From: Octopus bimaculoides
Lineage: Eukaryota
Reading direction: 5' to 3'
Length of the DNA stretch: 40,417 nt
Assembly (NCBI RefSeq): GCF_001194135.2
Contig: NC_068995.1
Location: 7,821,004 to 7,861,420, forward strand
Of this stretch, positions 25,336 through 37,799 are shown piece after piece. The notes beneath the pieces are model-generated. The model ran no database searches. It had not been told where the DNA came from and worked only from the letters and a program-made list of their open reading frames with translations. Both the position numbers and the translations under genes were made by a program. Each line of letters opens with the position of its first letter. Position 1 is the first letter of the stretch.

Positions 25336-25553
25336 AATGGTTTGAAATTTTGCCACGAGGGCATCCATTTTGAAAGAGGGGTTGTGTGGATTACATCGAA
25401 GCCAGTGTTCAACTGGTACTTATTTTATACGAGCTCGAAAGGATTAAAAGCAAAGTCGACCTCAGCAGAATCTGAACTCAGAACGTAGCGATGGGTAAAA
25501 TACCGCTAAGCTTTTTCCCGGCGTGCTAACGATTCTGCCACCTCACTGCCCTC
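25336..25553 (-). mobile_element. SINE family A, full length, flanked by (AAT)n on both sides
   Basis: aaagcaaagtcgacctcagcagaatctgaactcagaacg...cccggcgtgctaacgattctgcc. Confidence 0.9.
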
Positions 25554-25660
<107 letters not shown>

Positions 25661-25750
25661 CAACAGTAGTGCGGTTTCCCTACTCTAGGTGTCAGGAAGA
25701 CGCTCGGCAAGGAAATAAAACATAATTGAAAGAAGACGATAATGAAAATG

Positions 25751-25808
<58 letters not shown>

Positions 25809-25853
25809 TAATTAACGGAACGCATAACAAAACCAACGAAAAGAGAAGGAAGG

Positions 25854-25908
<55 letters not shown>

Positions 25909-25932
25909 TGTGTGGGCGCGGGTATGTATATA

Positions 25933-25990
25933 TGAGGGGGTGCCCAAAAGAAATCGAAATTTTGCAATATTATTTTAATCATTTAGTTTT
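25933..25990 (+). mobile_element. Solo mariner terminal repeat related to the 9287-10189 element
   Basis: TA followed by tgagggggtgcccaaaagaaatcgaaattt, 23/30 identical to 9287-9316 by hand. Confidence 0.65.
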
Positions 25991-26010
25991 GCATGTTTAT
26001 ACTTGCACGA

Positions 26011-26325
26011 CTGTCTTCTACTATAGCCTCGGGCCGATCAAATCTGAAAGAAGTCTGTCGTATATGCATATATGTGTGAGTCTGTGTGTGACTGTATGTG
26101 ACTGTGTGAGAGTGTGTGTGTGTGTGTGTGTGCGTCTGTTTCTATCCCTCATCACCGCTTGATAACTGTTGCTACTGTGTTTACGTCCACGTAACATAGC
26201 TGTTAGGTACAAGCGAGCGATAGAATAAGTACCAGAATTTAAAAGAAGAAAATAAGTCTTGGGAGCGATTCGTTCGACTGACATATTGTTCAAGGCAGTG
26301 CCCCAGCATGGCCACAATCTAATAA
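26011..26325 (+). mobile_element. SINE family B, diverged and 5'-truncated
   Basis: tgtcttctactatagcctcgggccga...ctgaaagaag...gatagaataagtacc...gtgccccagcatggcc. Confidence 0.8.
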
Positions 26326-26999
26326 CTTTTAATCAAGCGAAAAATACAAGCTTTTCAACGACTAAGAATGTGTACCTATAACGAAGTTAAAGGACGGCTC
26401 TTCATTGACGAGTTTTTGTGAAGATTGGAGTGCTAAAATCAGTAAACCATTTCGAACATATGGAAAGCTTAATGAAAACTCATACTCTATGTAACGTGAT
26501 GATGATAATGTTGATGTAAGCTTCAAATCATCATTTGTTCTTACAATGATTATTATGAGAATTACATACGATATAAATCGTGCCAGGCAGTTAGGAAGTA
26601 TCTTATCAACCAACGATACTGTGACAATAACAAATTGCCCTCACGTTAAATCTGCAAATTAGTAATCGAGGTTTTGATATTTTTGACAAGTAGTTCTACA
26701 GATTTAAGAACCACTACGCAATAACTATTAAGTGTATCCATTGTGAATCCAGCACCAAACGAGGAAATGGAACAATTCAGGAAATGAATAAAGCTTTTAA
26801 TCAAAAGTGAAGTGATCTTGATTTCTCAAGTACGTTTTTGCCGGTCGTTAACCTGGGATAACGCAGATTTTGAAGAATGCAAGTCCCACAATAGTAGAAC
26901 CCGACATCACTGAAATCGGATAATCAGTTGAAACGTTAAACCTCCGTTTTGTTAGTTGTTTCTAACTATCGTGCAAGACATACATGGTAATGAAATTAT

Positions 27000-27572
27000 T
27001 TAAACTGTTGGCACGAGGCCAGCAACTTTGGAAGACGTGTGAAGTCGTTTTTATCAATCTCAGTGTATAAATTGTCCTAATTTTACTGACCAAGAAAGGA
27101 TAAAAGGCAAAGTTGACCTTGGCGGAATTTGAACTCACAACATAAAGATAGACGAAATGCCGATGAGCATTTTGACCGCTGTGCTAATGACTGCCAGATC
27201 GCTACCCTAACTAAAGCATATACTTGTTTCAAATGTTGGCACAAGGCCAGCAAATTCGGTGGGAGAGGGCAAGACAATTAAGTTGACTCCAGTGCTCAAC
27301 TGGTACGTATTTTATCGACCCCGAAAGGATAAAAGTCAAAGTCGGCCTCAACTGAATTTGACAGACAATATGACGCGAGACATTTTTCGTGGCATGCTAA
27401 CGATTCTGCCAGTTTCCTGATCTGAACTAGAAAAATTATTAGTTTCAAATTATGGTATACAGCCAGGGATTTGTGGCAGGATGGTTTAATCGATAAAATC
27501 AACCCAAGTGCTCACCTGGTAATTATTTTATCGCATCCAAAAAGATGAATGCCAAAGTCTACCTCGGTAACG
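27000..27572 (-). mobile_element. Three tandem SINE family A copies (27000-27208, 27224-27420, partial 27444-27572)
   Basis: Each has the ttggcac-aggccagca 3' end and the ttatcgacc/aaagg/aaagtc core. Confidence 0.85.
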
Positions 27573-27798
27573 TTGATACATAGATACTCAGATAGCAATA
27601 TTCTAACTGTGGGCGATATTGGGAACTCTTTCCACTTATCTGCTGCTCTTTCAGCAATTGACACTCCAACAAAACACCTATGTAGTCACCCGACGTCCGA
27701 CAAATAGCAGCCAATATTAGACGAGAATATGTTGACTAAAATAATAATTTTCAGCAACCCCCTAATTTGTATGTAGTCTAGTATTCTTATCTGCTCTA

Positions 27799-27980
27799 GG
27801 GACAAGATCCGAATAGTGTTATATCGATCCCAGTATGCAACTGGTACTAAATTTATCAACCCCGAAAGGATAAAAAGCAAAGTCGACCTCGGCGGAATTT
27901 GAACTCAGAAAGTAAAGACAGTCGAAATATTGCAACGTATTTCGCCCGGCGTAGTAACGTCTCTGTTAGGTCACCGCCTT
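27799..27980 (-). mobile_element. SINE family A
   Basis: ccccgaaaggataaaaagcaaagtcgacctcggcggaatttgaactcag...tttcgcccggcgtagtaacg...caccgcctt. Confidence 0.92.
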
Positions 27981-28020
27981 ATAATATACTCGAATATTGG
28001 AGCATATATCATAGTGTTTA

Positions 28021-28238
28021 AAGGCGGCGAGCTGGCAGAATCTTTAGCACGCTGGGCGAAATGCTTACCTGTATTTCGTCTGCCGTTACGTTCCGAGTTC
28101 AAATCCTGCCGAGGTCGACTTTGCCTTTCATCCTTTCGGGGTCGATAAATTATGTACCAGTTGAATACTGTGGTTGGTGTAATTGACTAACCCTCTCCCC
28201 AATATTTCAGGCTTTGTGACTATAGGAGAAAGGATTAT
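28021..28238 (+). mobile_element. SINE family A, full length, well conserved
   Basis: A-box-like tggcagaatctttag and B-box gagttcaaatcc (Pol III internal promoter); used as the family reference. Confidence 0.93.
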
Positions 28239-28328
28239 ATTATAGTGTTAATCTTATGAAATATTCTTATTATTTGTAGAATTCTCACTTGTCACTGCTT
28301 CTCTGACCATTTCAGAATAAACACACAC

Positions 28329-28428
<100 letters not shown>

Positions 28429-28439
28429 GTATGTATATA

Positions 28440-28662
28440 CGAGGAGTACAGAAAAGTTCTTGTCTTTAAGGGTATCGCGAAAGGCTTTGGTAAGAAACCT
28501 AACTTTCCGAGTTCTTTTACATGGCTTAGCAAACCTGAAAGACTACTGCAATAACTATGTGAACCTGAGCGGCGATTATGTTGAAGAAAATCATGATCAA
28601 CTGATCCTCCTCTATTTTCTTTTACCCGAAGTCAGGAAGCTTTCAGCACCCGCCACACCCCG
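28440..28662 (+). mobile_element. Small mariner-derived non-autonomous element
   Basis: TA on both sides; imperfect terminal repeats (cgaggagtacagaaaagttcttgtc vs gggtgctgaaagcttcctgac); internal [15 protein letters not shown] resembles a mariner C-terminus. Confidence 0.7.
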
Positions 28663-29178
28663 TATAAACAAAGAATCCAATTTGCACGGCAGGGAATAAT
28701 TTGTCAGAACAAATACCAGGTAGCAAAATAAGAAAAGAAAAAAAAAGAATAACGCCACCATCAAAAACAACAACAACACAACAATATCCTGGAAGCAGTG
28801 GAACCTATAGGTGTTTTGCTCCTAATAGAAATACCATCAAACTCTGCCATACGTTGCACTCTCTAGACACAAATAAGACTATGATCGATAGTGAAACCCT
28901 TGAAAAAACTAAGGCGACGCGTTGGCCACGGTTGAAATTCTTTTGAACACGTGCTTGCTGAATCAGAAGAAAACCAGCCAGAGACTTATTTAAAATGTAA
29001 TGTGACGTCAATAATTTCGATGAAAACGAAATATGTAATATTGTCACAGGAGATAGATTTCGTGATTATGACGTGTGTGCGTATGCGTGTATGGTTGTAT
29101 ATATGTATAGTTGTAGGTACTTGTATGTATGTCTATATGTATGTATGTATGTATGGATGCATGTATGTATGTATTTCT

Positions 29179-29225
<47 letters not shown>

Positions 29226-30480
29226 TATCGCACAACGATACATATATTTTGAAATAAAAGTGAACAATGACATACATACACACCTTTACTTATTTGTATT
29301 TGAACAACATGTGTCACCAGGTAGGTGTATCAAAATCTATTATAAAATAATCTCATACTATTCATAAGGTATCTGTAGTATTCCCTGTGTGTAGTTATGA
29401 TGTATAAGTTTATAGTTTATAAATGTATTATGGAATACGTATCTGGTTTGGTCATGGATTCAAGAAAAAAAATTCAGCTTGGCTGGACTAGTAAAACGAA
29501 AGTTAATGTAGATTTTATTTAACATCCTATCAAATTTCATGATTGTCTCGTGTCCGGTTTAAATAGATAGATAGATAGATAGATATGTATGTATATATAT
29601 ATATATATATAAACGCTTGCGCACGTACCCCAACGGCCGGAATTTTTTTCTGCAATTATCTTTCATATTTCGCTTATATTTGTTGTTGTTGTTCTTTAAG
29701 CTCGAAACCGGTGAGAGACGGATGATCATTGCATAAATCTCACCGAATCAAGGTTACAATTTAAATATAGGAAACGAAAAGAAGAGAACAGTGCAAAAAG
29801 GCGAAAATAAAACGGAAGCTGACACAAAGTAGGAGGAAGATCTCTTCAGTATATTATTATTATTCTGTAAAGCATACAACAGATATATATTCAGCACAAT
29901 TATGAACGAACTACTTGCTTTGATGAGTATTTTATTTGCATTCTCTTTATTTTTCCTCCTATTAAAAATATTCATACCAGAATGAGATTAGGGCGTACTC
30001 TCGTGAGAAGAATGTTTTGTTTTGTTATAACGATCATAAGAGGCACAGCGCTAGTAAATGACTGCAGTAGAAAGAAAAACATGTTAAGCATAAGAATAAA
30101 TGCAACAAACAATATCACCAACAAACAACATCATTGCTGGGGTTTCATTGGAACGCATGGTTTAAGGACAGCAATTTGGAATTTGGAGGAATTTGCGATT
30201 GAGATATCAAGCAGAAAACAGTGTGAGAGTAAAGGGATGTTTGTTGGCGGCGATTAAATATTTTTCATTGATTCATATTGTGTCATTTACCAATAAAATG
30301 GTCGAATTTAAAAAGCCAAATCACGTGTTCGTGTTGACTTGAATGATTCTCATCGAAGGTCTCTTTCTTGCAGCGCTGACATTTCTAACTCCGAAAACTT
30401 TTCCCGCTTGTATTGTAGAGTTCTTTTGTTGGTCAGTGATAGTATTTGATATTTTTTTTATTATGCAACCCTTAATATTG

Positions 30481-30588
30481 CAGGTGTGACTCTGTGGTAT
30501 GAAGTTTGTTCCACGACAATATGATCCCAGGTTCAATCTCACTGCCTGGCACTTTAGACGAGTGACTTCTACTATAGCCTCGGATCGA
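30481..30588 (+). mobile_element. SINE family B, head fragment
   Basis: caggtgtgactctgtggta...ggttcaatctcactgc...cttctactatagcctcgg. Confidence 0.75.
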
Positions 30589-31269
30589 AAAAGCAAAACG
30601 AGGTTTTTCGTTTCGATAATGTATATGTCTATGTACAAAAAAAAAGAAGAAATACAGATTTACTAGCGCGTGAGAAGTAAGTATATATATATAAAACAAT
30701 GAGAGATGTCGGGTAAACAAGCGAAACATTCCTTTAAATTTATATTGCTTAAATATATAAACTTAAATAAACAATTACAGTAGAGTTAACAATAGCGTTG
30801 AATCTAAGTAATTAATAACATTTGGTGATTATTTACAATTTTTCCGTGATTTAATTAATATTTTAAGACAAATATTAAAAGTGACCAAATGTGTTTTTTC
30901 AACAGCTGTATTTGTTGCTATAAAAGTCGTCTACATAACAACATCTTCCAGTTCAATCACCTCTTCACGTATCCATTGACCTATTCATTCCTTGCGCTTG
31001 GCTCTTAACAACACCGGCTTCGCTTCTTGTTAAAATGAAAAAAAAAAATTACAAAAAATGAAAAAGAGGGGGTTTATTGTTCAATTCATCTGGAAATTGG
31101 AAAGCTGCGTCTTTTCAACGCTGCCGACGCTGCTACTGCCACTACTACTGCTACTGCTGCTGCTGCTGTTGCTACTTTCCAGCTCTTTGTAATATCATAC
31201 GATTTAAGAAAGTAATAGTGAAGTGCTATGAGCCGATGTATCCCACTAAATTTTCCTTCCAATCTCTCC

Positions 31270-31301
31270 TTCTTCTTCTTCTTCTTCTTCTTCTTCTTCT
31301 T

Positions 31302-31399
<98 letters not shown>
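31270..31399. repeat. (TTC)n followed by (TTA)n microsatellite
   Basis: Read directly. Confidence 0.98.
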
Positions 31400-31400
<1 letters not shown>

Positions 31401-31614
31401 AGGCGGTGAGCTAGTAGAATCGTTAGCGCGCCAGACGAAATACTTAATGGCATTTCGCCAGTTGCTATGTTCTGAGTTCAAATTGTACCGTGGTCGACTT
31501 TGCCATTCATCCTTTTCGGGTCGATAAATTAAATACCAGTGAAACACTGGGGTCGATGTAATCGACTTATCCCCACGCCCCAAAATTTCAGGCCTTGTGC
31601 CTATAGTAGAAAGG
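31400..31614 (+). mobile_element. SINE family A, full length, flanked by (ATT)n on both sides
   Basis: aaggcggtgagctagtagaatcgttagc...gagttcaaatt...actggggtcgatgtaatcgactt. Confidence 0.92.
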
Positions 31615-31667
<53 letters not shown>

Positions 31668-33256
31668 CATCATCATTGCCCACTGGATTCTAACTTCCTA
31701 AAATTGATGGCAGCCTCTACAAACCCCTACTGAACTCCCCCCCCAATGTCTTACTTGGTAGTTGTGCTTCACTTTTTCAATAATTCACGACGTTCGTATA
31801 TATCAACGTGACTCCTAACAGTGCAAAGAAAACACTGACAAACGCATGCGCAGGGAAGCAAGTTTCTTACCACACAACTGCTCCTACGTCTTCTTTTTTG
31901 TTTTCTCTGTTGCTTAACCCACCCCAACCATTCGCCATCTTGATGCAACATAAAAATTTCATGCAAAACAGCATTCCATTGGCTCCTTTCATTGCTGTCC
32001 TCCTCACCAGTGCAAAAGCATAACCGCAACACTTATCACTGAAGTACGATTATAGCCAACGCCATCGAAACATGAAGCTCAAGATCAGGTGGAAATACAA
32101 CGATTCGTATTCATTGATGATTTCCTCTAGTGTTCACCCTCAATATTTCAAAGACTACTCCATCGTTTAGTATTACAGAAAATCTATATGTCCTCTATAA
32201 GTCTTCTGCTAACCTCAGGGATGCGGGTTGTGAGTATGATGGTGCTATACATGCAATCACCTTAGAATCCTGCAAGAGAAAAAACTTTCAAACAGTTTAG
32301 AATAAAGTCCCTCACCAACTGACTTCATTTGCTTTCCTACAAATGATCTGCATCCAGGCTTTTTCTACAGATAATCCTCAGGCTTTGGATTCATGCAGTT
32401 CTCGAATGTCCTAACAGCAGACCGAGACACCCTCAACCTCCTAGTCTTTCCATTGACAGTCAACCCTCGAGCAAACATGTCCAATCGTACCACTCCAAAT
32501 CGCCTTCCTAGAAGTCTCTTCCCTGCAGATATTATCCCTGGTGCTGACGACTTTATTTGAGAAGAAACTTTAAGGTAAGATATATTTTACTATGTTGTGA
32601 CATGTGCGCATGTAAAATTTCTCACTAGATATATATTTTTCTCTTAGTTATTAAAAGACAACAATTTCAATGATAATTGTTACTAGTTCTTTATGAAAGT
32701 AAAAATAAGTACAAGAAATTAGAAAATAACTTTTCATAGCATAATTTATTTTCATGCGTCAAGTGGAAGTTAATAAGTAGCTTATTCGTAGGCAACGTGG
32801 AATCTATTGCAATGTTATCACTCATGTGTTAAGCTATACACTTGGCGCCAACACAATTAGAGGACAAATATTTTGCTGGTAGAGATCTTGTTAAAATTTT
32901 CACCATTAGAACATTTCTATGCATTTCCATGACTACAAAATTCAACAAAAGCAAATTCGCCTCTCAGACTGCTGACGTTGAATTTATATTCACAAACACA
33001 CACTCACGCACCCACACACACACGCACACAAATACACACGTATTTAAATTTATATACTTTTAAATTTAGGAGGGCAGAAGTGTACAAATTGTGCGGGAAA
33101 ATGATCAACATATATTTGCATCTTAGTTGAAGTAAGACAATAATAAGCGAGCGACAATTGTTAATGCTTCTAGAAAAAGAAAAAAAAAAACAGGAACATA
33201 TTCCTGTCTGTATTAAAACACACACACACACACACGTATATATGAATATAAAAAAA

Positions 33257-33577
33257 AGGAGCACTCCGTCGGTTACAACGACGAGTGTCCCAGCTGATAC
33301 GATCAACGTAACACCTTGCTCGTGAAAGTAACGTGCAAGTGACTGAGCAATCCACAGACACGTGTACCCCTAACATAGTTTTCAGGGAGATTCAGCGTAA
33401 CACAGAGTGTGACAAGGTTTGCTTTTTAAAATACAAGTACTACTCATTTTTGCCAGCTGAGTGGACTGGAGCAACGTGAAATAAAGTGTCTTGCTCAAGG
33501 ACAAAAACGCGTCGCCGGAACTGAACTCTCGACGTTACAATCGCGAACCGAATGCCCTAACCAGTAAGCCACTAAGT
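33257..33577 (-). mobile_element. SINE family C (tRNA head plus CORE/MESC-like centre), near full length
   Basis: Minus strand reads tggttagggcattcgg, gagttcagttcc, tgtccttgagcaagacactttatttcacgttgctccagtccactcagctg. CORE/MESC likeness is recalled. Confidence 0.85.
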
Positions 33578-33582
33578 CATGG

Positions 33583-33589
33583 ATATACT

Positions 33590-33631
<42 letters not shown>

Positions 33632-33678
33632 CACACACAAGAATATTCTGACACAAGCATGGACACACTAACACACAC

Positions 33679-33712
<34 letters not shown>

Positions 33713-33746
33713 GTGTGTGTGTGTGTGTATCCATGCTTGTGTCAGA
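33583..33746. repeat. Two adjacent AT-centred palindromes
   Basis: 33647-33663 is the exact reverse complement of 33730-33746; 33583-33598 matches the reverse complement of 33631-33646 at 15/16. Confidence 0.9.
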
Positions 33747-33985
33747 GTAGTAACAATGAACACTTACTTGAACAATCATCATAACAGAAAGTGCACTGGA
33801 TTTGAAGAAAGATGGGAAGTTAAACTCAAAATATTCTGATCAATAGTTTTTATTGCAAGGTTATCTCCATGAATAGCTAATCACTCGGGAATATTTATAG
33901 AGTTCACCCAGAGAGGCGTCTCGCTTTCGATGACGTAGTGCAAAGTAATTATATGCGGACATATATAAATACTTATGTAAGTACG

Positions 33986-34042
<57 letters not shown>

Positions 34043-34588
34043 ACAAATATACATACACATATATATACGTGTGTGCATACACAGATATGCACTCACATAA
34101 ATGCACATATTTTTCTGTACTTATTTATGAATATATTCAGATTCAAACGCAGACACATACGTATACACACACGTATGCAGAATAGGACGACATGACTAGG
34201 AAAGTCACTTCGTAGTCACAAGGTTTCTGTTTCAAATCAAGTGTGTAATATCTTAAGCAGATAATATTTTATATTGCCTGATTTTCATGTTTTATTTTCG
34301 ATGCCTACGCAGAGTATGTGTGTACGTCTGTGAAATGGGCTGCACCAGTAATTCATATGACAAGTTCTTGTCACGCTAATACATTCACCAATGCGACATT
34401 AAACGTACTGATGCCTACGAAATTCTCAGCTAGTTAGTGTTATTTGAGAAGATAATACATATTTCCAGACAATCGAATCCTCATTCATACACACACACAC
34501 ACATACACACAAATATATGTATGTATCTGTTTTATGCGTATGTTTGCAATATATATATTGAGAGAAAAAAAGGCATCTTTCTCTCCCT

Positions 34589-34676
<88 letters not shown>

Positions 34677-34683
34677 TATTATT

Positions 34684-35219
34684 ATTATTAAGGTGGCTAT
34701 TCGCAGCGTTGAACCGATAGGCAACAAGTACATTTGTCAGTTAAATGACAGATGGTGTTAGTAGGCACCAGAATTGCTAGAAATAAGCGTCACAAATCTT
34801 AGCCCCGTGAGAGCACTTTTCTAACGGCTGACAAGGGAGACGGGCTCCCTCCCTACGACAAGAGAAATGGAGTCATATCATTGCTGATTTCAGATTAAAG
34901 CAATCTTCGTCAATGACAAATTACTCTGTCACCGAGTGTTAAAGAACCTAAGTCACTTAGTCAGTCTTATAGAGTGAACACCGTAGGAAACATCAACGGA
35001 TTTCGAAAATAGTGAAATGAGAATTAGAAATTATTAAGGTGGCACTTCGCAATTTAATACCGAAAGGCAATAAGTGTAGCTGTCAGTAAAGTGATGGAGG
35101 GTGATAGTGAGCACCGACATTACTAGAAATAAGAGTCAAAGTAGCTCTTAGCTCCCTTATCAGTGGTTAGAAAAGACTCACGTCGCTAAGAGTTGTCTTG
35201 ACTCTTATTTTTAGTAATG
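34684..35219. repeat. Three local copies of an unclassified repeat (two direct, one inverted)
   Basis: 34684-34838 (+), 35030-35152 (+), 35153-35219 (-); alignments made by hand. Confidence 0.75.
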
Positions 35220-35232
35220 CTGTGTGTATGTG

Positions 35233-35320
<88 letters not shown>

Positions 35321-35706
35321 ATATATGTAGAATATATATATATGTATGTATAATAAACCACGATAGGTGAACCACGAGGGATTGCTATATATATATTTGT
35401 ATGTGTGTTTGTGTGTGTGTAAATATATATTGCATATATAATATGAGTTGGTTAGCTTTGAAATTGCTTCTTCCCATATGGCAATTTCTCTTTCTCATAT
35501 ACGTCATGTTGCTTCTGACTTAGACCACATAACACTTAATCAATTGTTATTGATGCAAAATTACACGAGTATAATTTTTCTTAGATAAACATAGAGATTA
35601 TTACTATTTTGAGAAGTATGTATTGAGCAGCATATATTTATAAAGATACACAGATATCAGCTTCACTCTCTACCTATCTCTCTTCCTGTACCTTTAACTA
35701 TGTATA

Positions 35707-35759
<53 letters not shown>

Positions 35760-36313
35760 GTGTGTGTGTTTTTATGTATTGTATGTGCGTGTATGTGTGC
35801 GTGTATGTGTGCGGTTATGTGTCTGTAAATCGAAAATTTATGTTTTGACTACTCATTTCTTCTTCTTTGGAAACTGAAAAATGTGTATACTATTGTTGAA
35901 TGCTTAGGCATTAAATGTACACTCCCTCATGTATGTATATATAGGCACGCATTCTTATATATATATATATATATATATTATACACAGTTTAATTCCGAAT
36001 AGTAACTTAGCTTTTAGTTAAATATTATTTCGTCTATTTTCACAACACTGATGACATGTCGACGTATTTCGTGATGGTAATAGGAATAACAACGTACTTA
36101 TTGTTGAAATTCATTGATCGGATATTACTATTCTAAGACAGATGACAAAATCGAGAGTTAGAATATTAATATTTCCATAACACTTAGTACATTTATATCA
36201 CTCTTTAATTGCCCATATTTTGGAGGAATTATATATATTTTATATGCAATGATATGTTTGGATTTTCCCTTTAACTCTCTTTCAACGTTAGATGTTTGGG
36301 AAAATATGTTGTA

Positions 36314-36521
36314 CAGGGTGTGGCAAAATGTATCTAACTTTGACATTTATTTGGTTTACAAAGTCATCGAGTTAAATATTATTCGAATTGAATTGTAGTT
36401 AAACTCTTCATGAAAAGGCACACAATGTGCACTGATTCCATTTAGCATGCCGAAAGAATTATCTACCGGAAGATATCAGAACATTTTGTCTATCTTGTTT
36501 AGCGCGTCGACCGACACCCTG
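36314..36521. mobile_element. Possible ~210-bp Tc1/mariner-type MITE
   Basis: Left end TA|CAGGGTGTGG, right end reverse-complements to CAGGGTGTCG; right flank is TT rather than TA. Confidence 0.5.
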
Positions 36522-36823
36522 TTAAATCTGGAACACTTGCTGCCTTAGTCCGTACCTTTTATGCAGTGTCAAGACACTGAGGTAGTTGGTACATATATAT
36601 ATATATATATATATATAAGTTTGTGTGTGTGTATTCATATATATATATATAAGTTTGTGCGTGTGTATTCATNNNNNNNNNNNNNNNNNNNNNNNNNNNN
36701 NNNNNNNNNNNNNNNNNNNNNNNNNNNNNNNNNNNNNNNNNNNNNNNNNNNNNNNNNNNNNNNNNNNNNNNNNNNNNNNNNNNNNNNNNNNNNNNNNNNN
36801 NNNNNNNNNNNNNNNNNNNNNNN

Positions 36824-36856
<33 letters not shown>

Positions 36857-37799
36857 CGGACGGGCGTTGCTCTAAGGCATGGGCTTATCTGCGCTGAGGA
36901 GCTTTAATTACAATCATGTCACTAATAACCAGATCAAGGTTATAAATTCTCGATAGCTATTCCGTCTTCATTGTGAATATTTGATCCTAAAATAATATCG
37001 ATGATGTGTCTGCTAATAGCACAGGGCGCGTGCTTCACACTGAAACTACGCATTATTTTTCTGTTTATAAAAGTGTGTTCTATTATTTTTCTGAGTAAAA
37101 CGCGTGCCTGTTAACTAGAAGTTTATAATCCAAAAGACATCTATCAATGCGACCCTTTGTCTCCATACAGATGTCTATATCGTACATTATCTATTCCTTT
37201 CAACTATACAATTTGATCATATAGATATTTCGCTGTTATCTCTTGCTGGTTAACTAACACAACACATACTCCCTGTTGTTCCGGAATTCTGTGTACCCCT
37301 TTTCTAGCACTCTAACATAACACAAATACAACATTTTAAACATTGTACATCTAAGACTGCACTGTTTAATCGATATATCTTTGTTTAATGACAATGGGCT
37401 CTCATTTGATAGATGAGATGTAGTTAATACTTACACCTACATAGCAAAAATGTATTCCATTTTCTATATATATGTTTAAACATTTAATGAACACGCTATG
37501 TGTTAATTCGTATTATCATATTTTATTGTATTTTTCTCTCCATCATATTTTCGCTCACATTTCTTCATAAATAATTCAGTAAACTAGCCAAAATTTATTA
37601 TTTCGTATAAAATGATATAATTAATAATATATCGCTCAGAAACTATTACCCTTTTACGCCCGTAAAAAAGTCAATTCTGTGTTGAGTACCCCCCCCTCTC
37701 TCTCTCTCTCTCTCTCNNNNNNNNNNTAAACGTATATAGAATAATACTTCAGTTGAATAAAGTTAAAATATGGTCGAGTTTTCAGGTTTTTTTATAATG

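Noticed and set aside
26853-26909. Alternative frame DVGFYYCG matching the immunoglobulin DxGxYxC motif
   Set aside because: A single 7-residue motif with no supporting Ig-strand sequence; expected by chance.
37021-37110. Short inverted ends acagggcgcgt / acgcgtgcctgt around two attattttctg repeats
   Set aside because: Arms are about 11 bp with mismatches and no target-site duplication; too weak to call a MITE.
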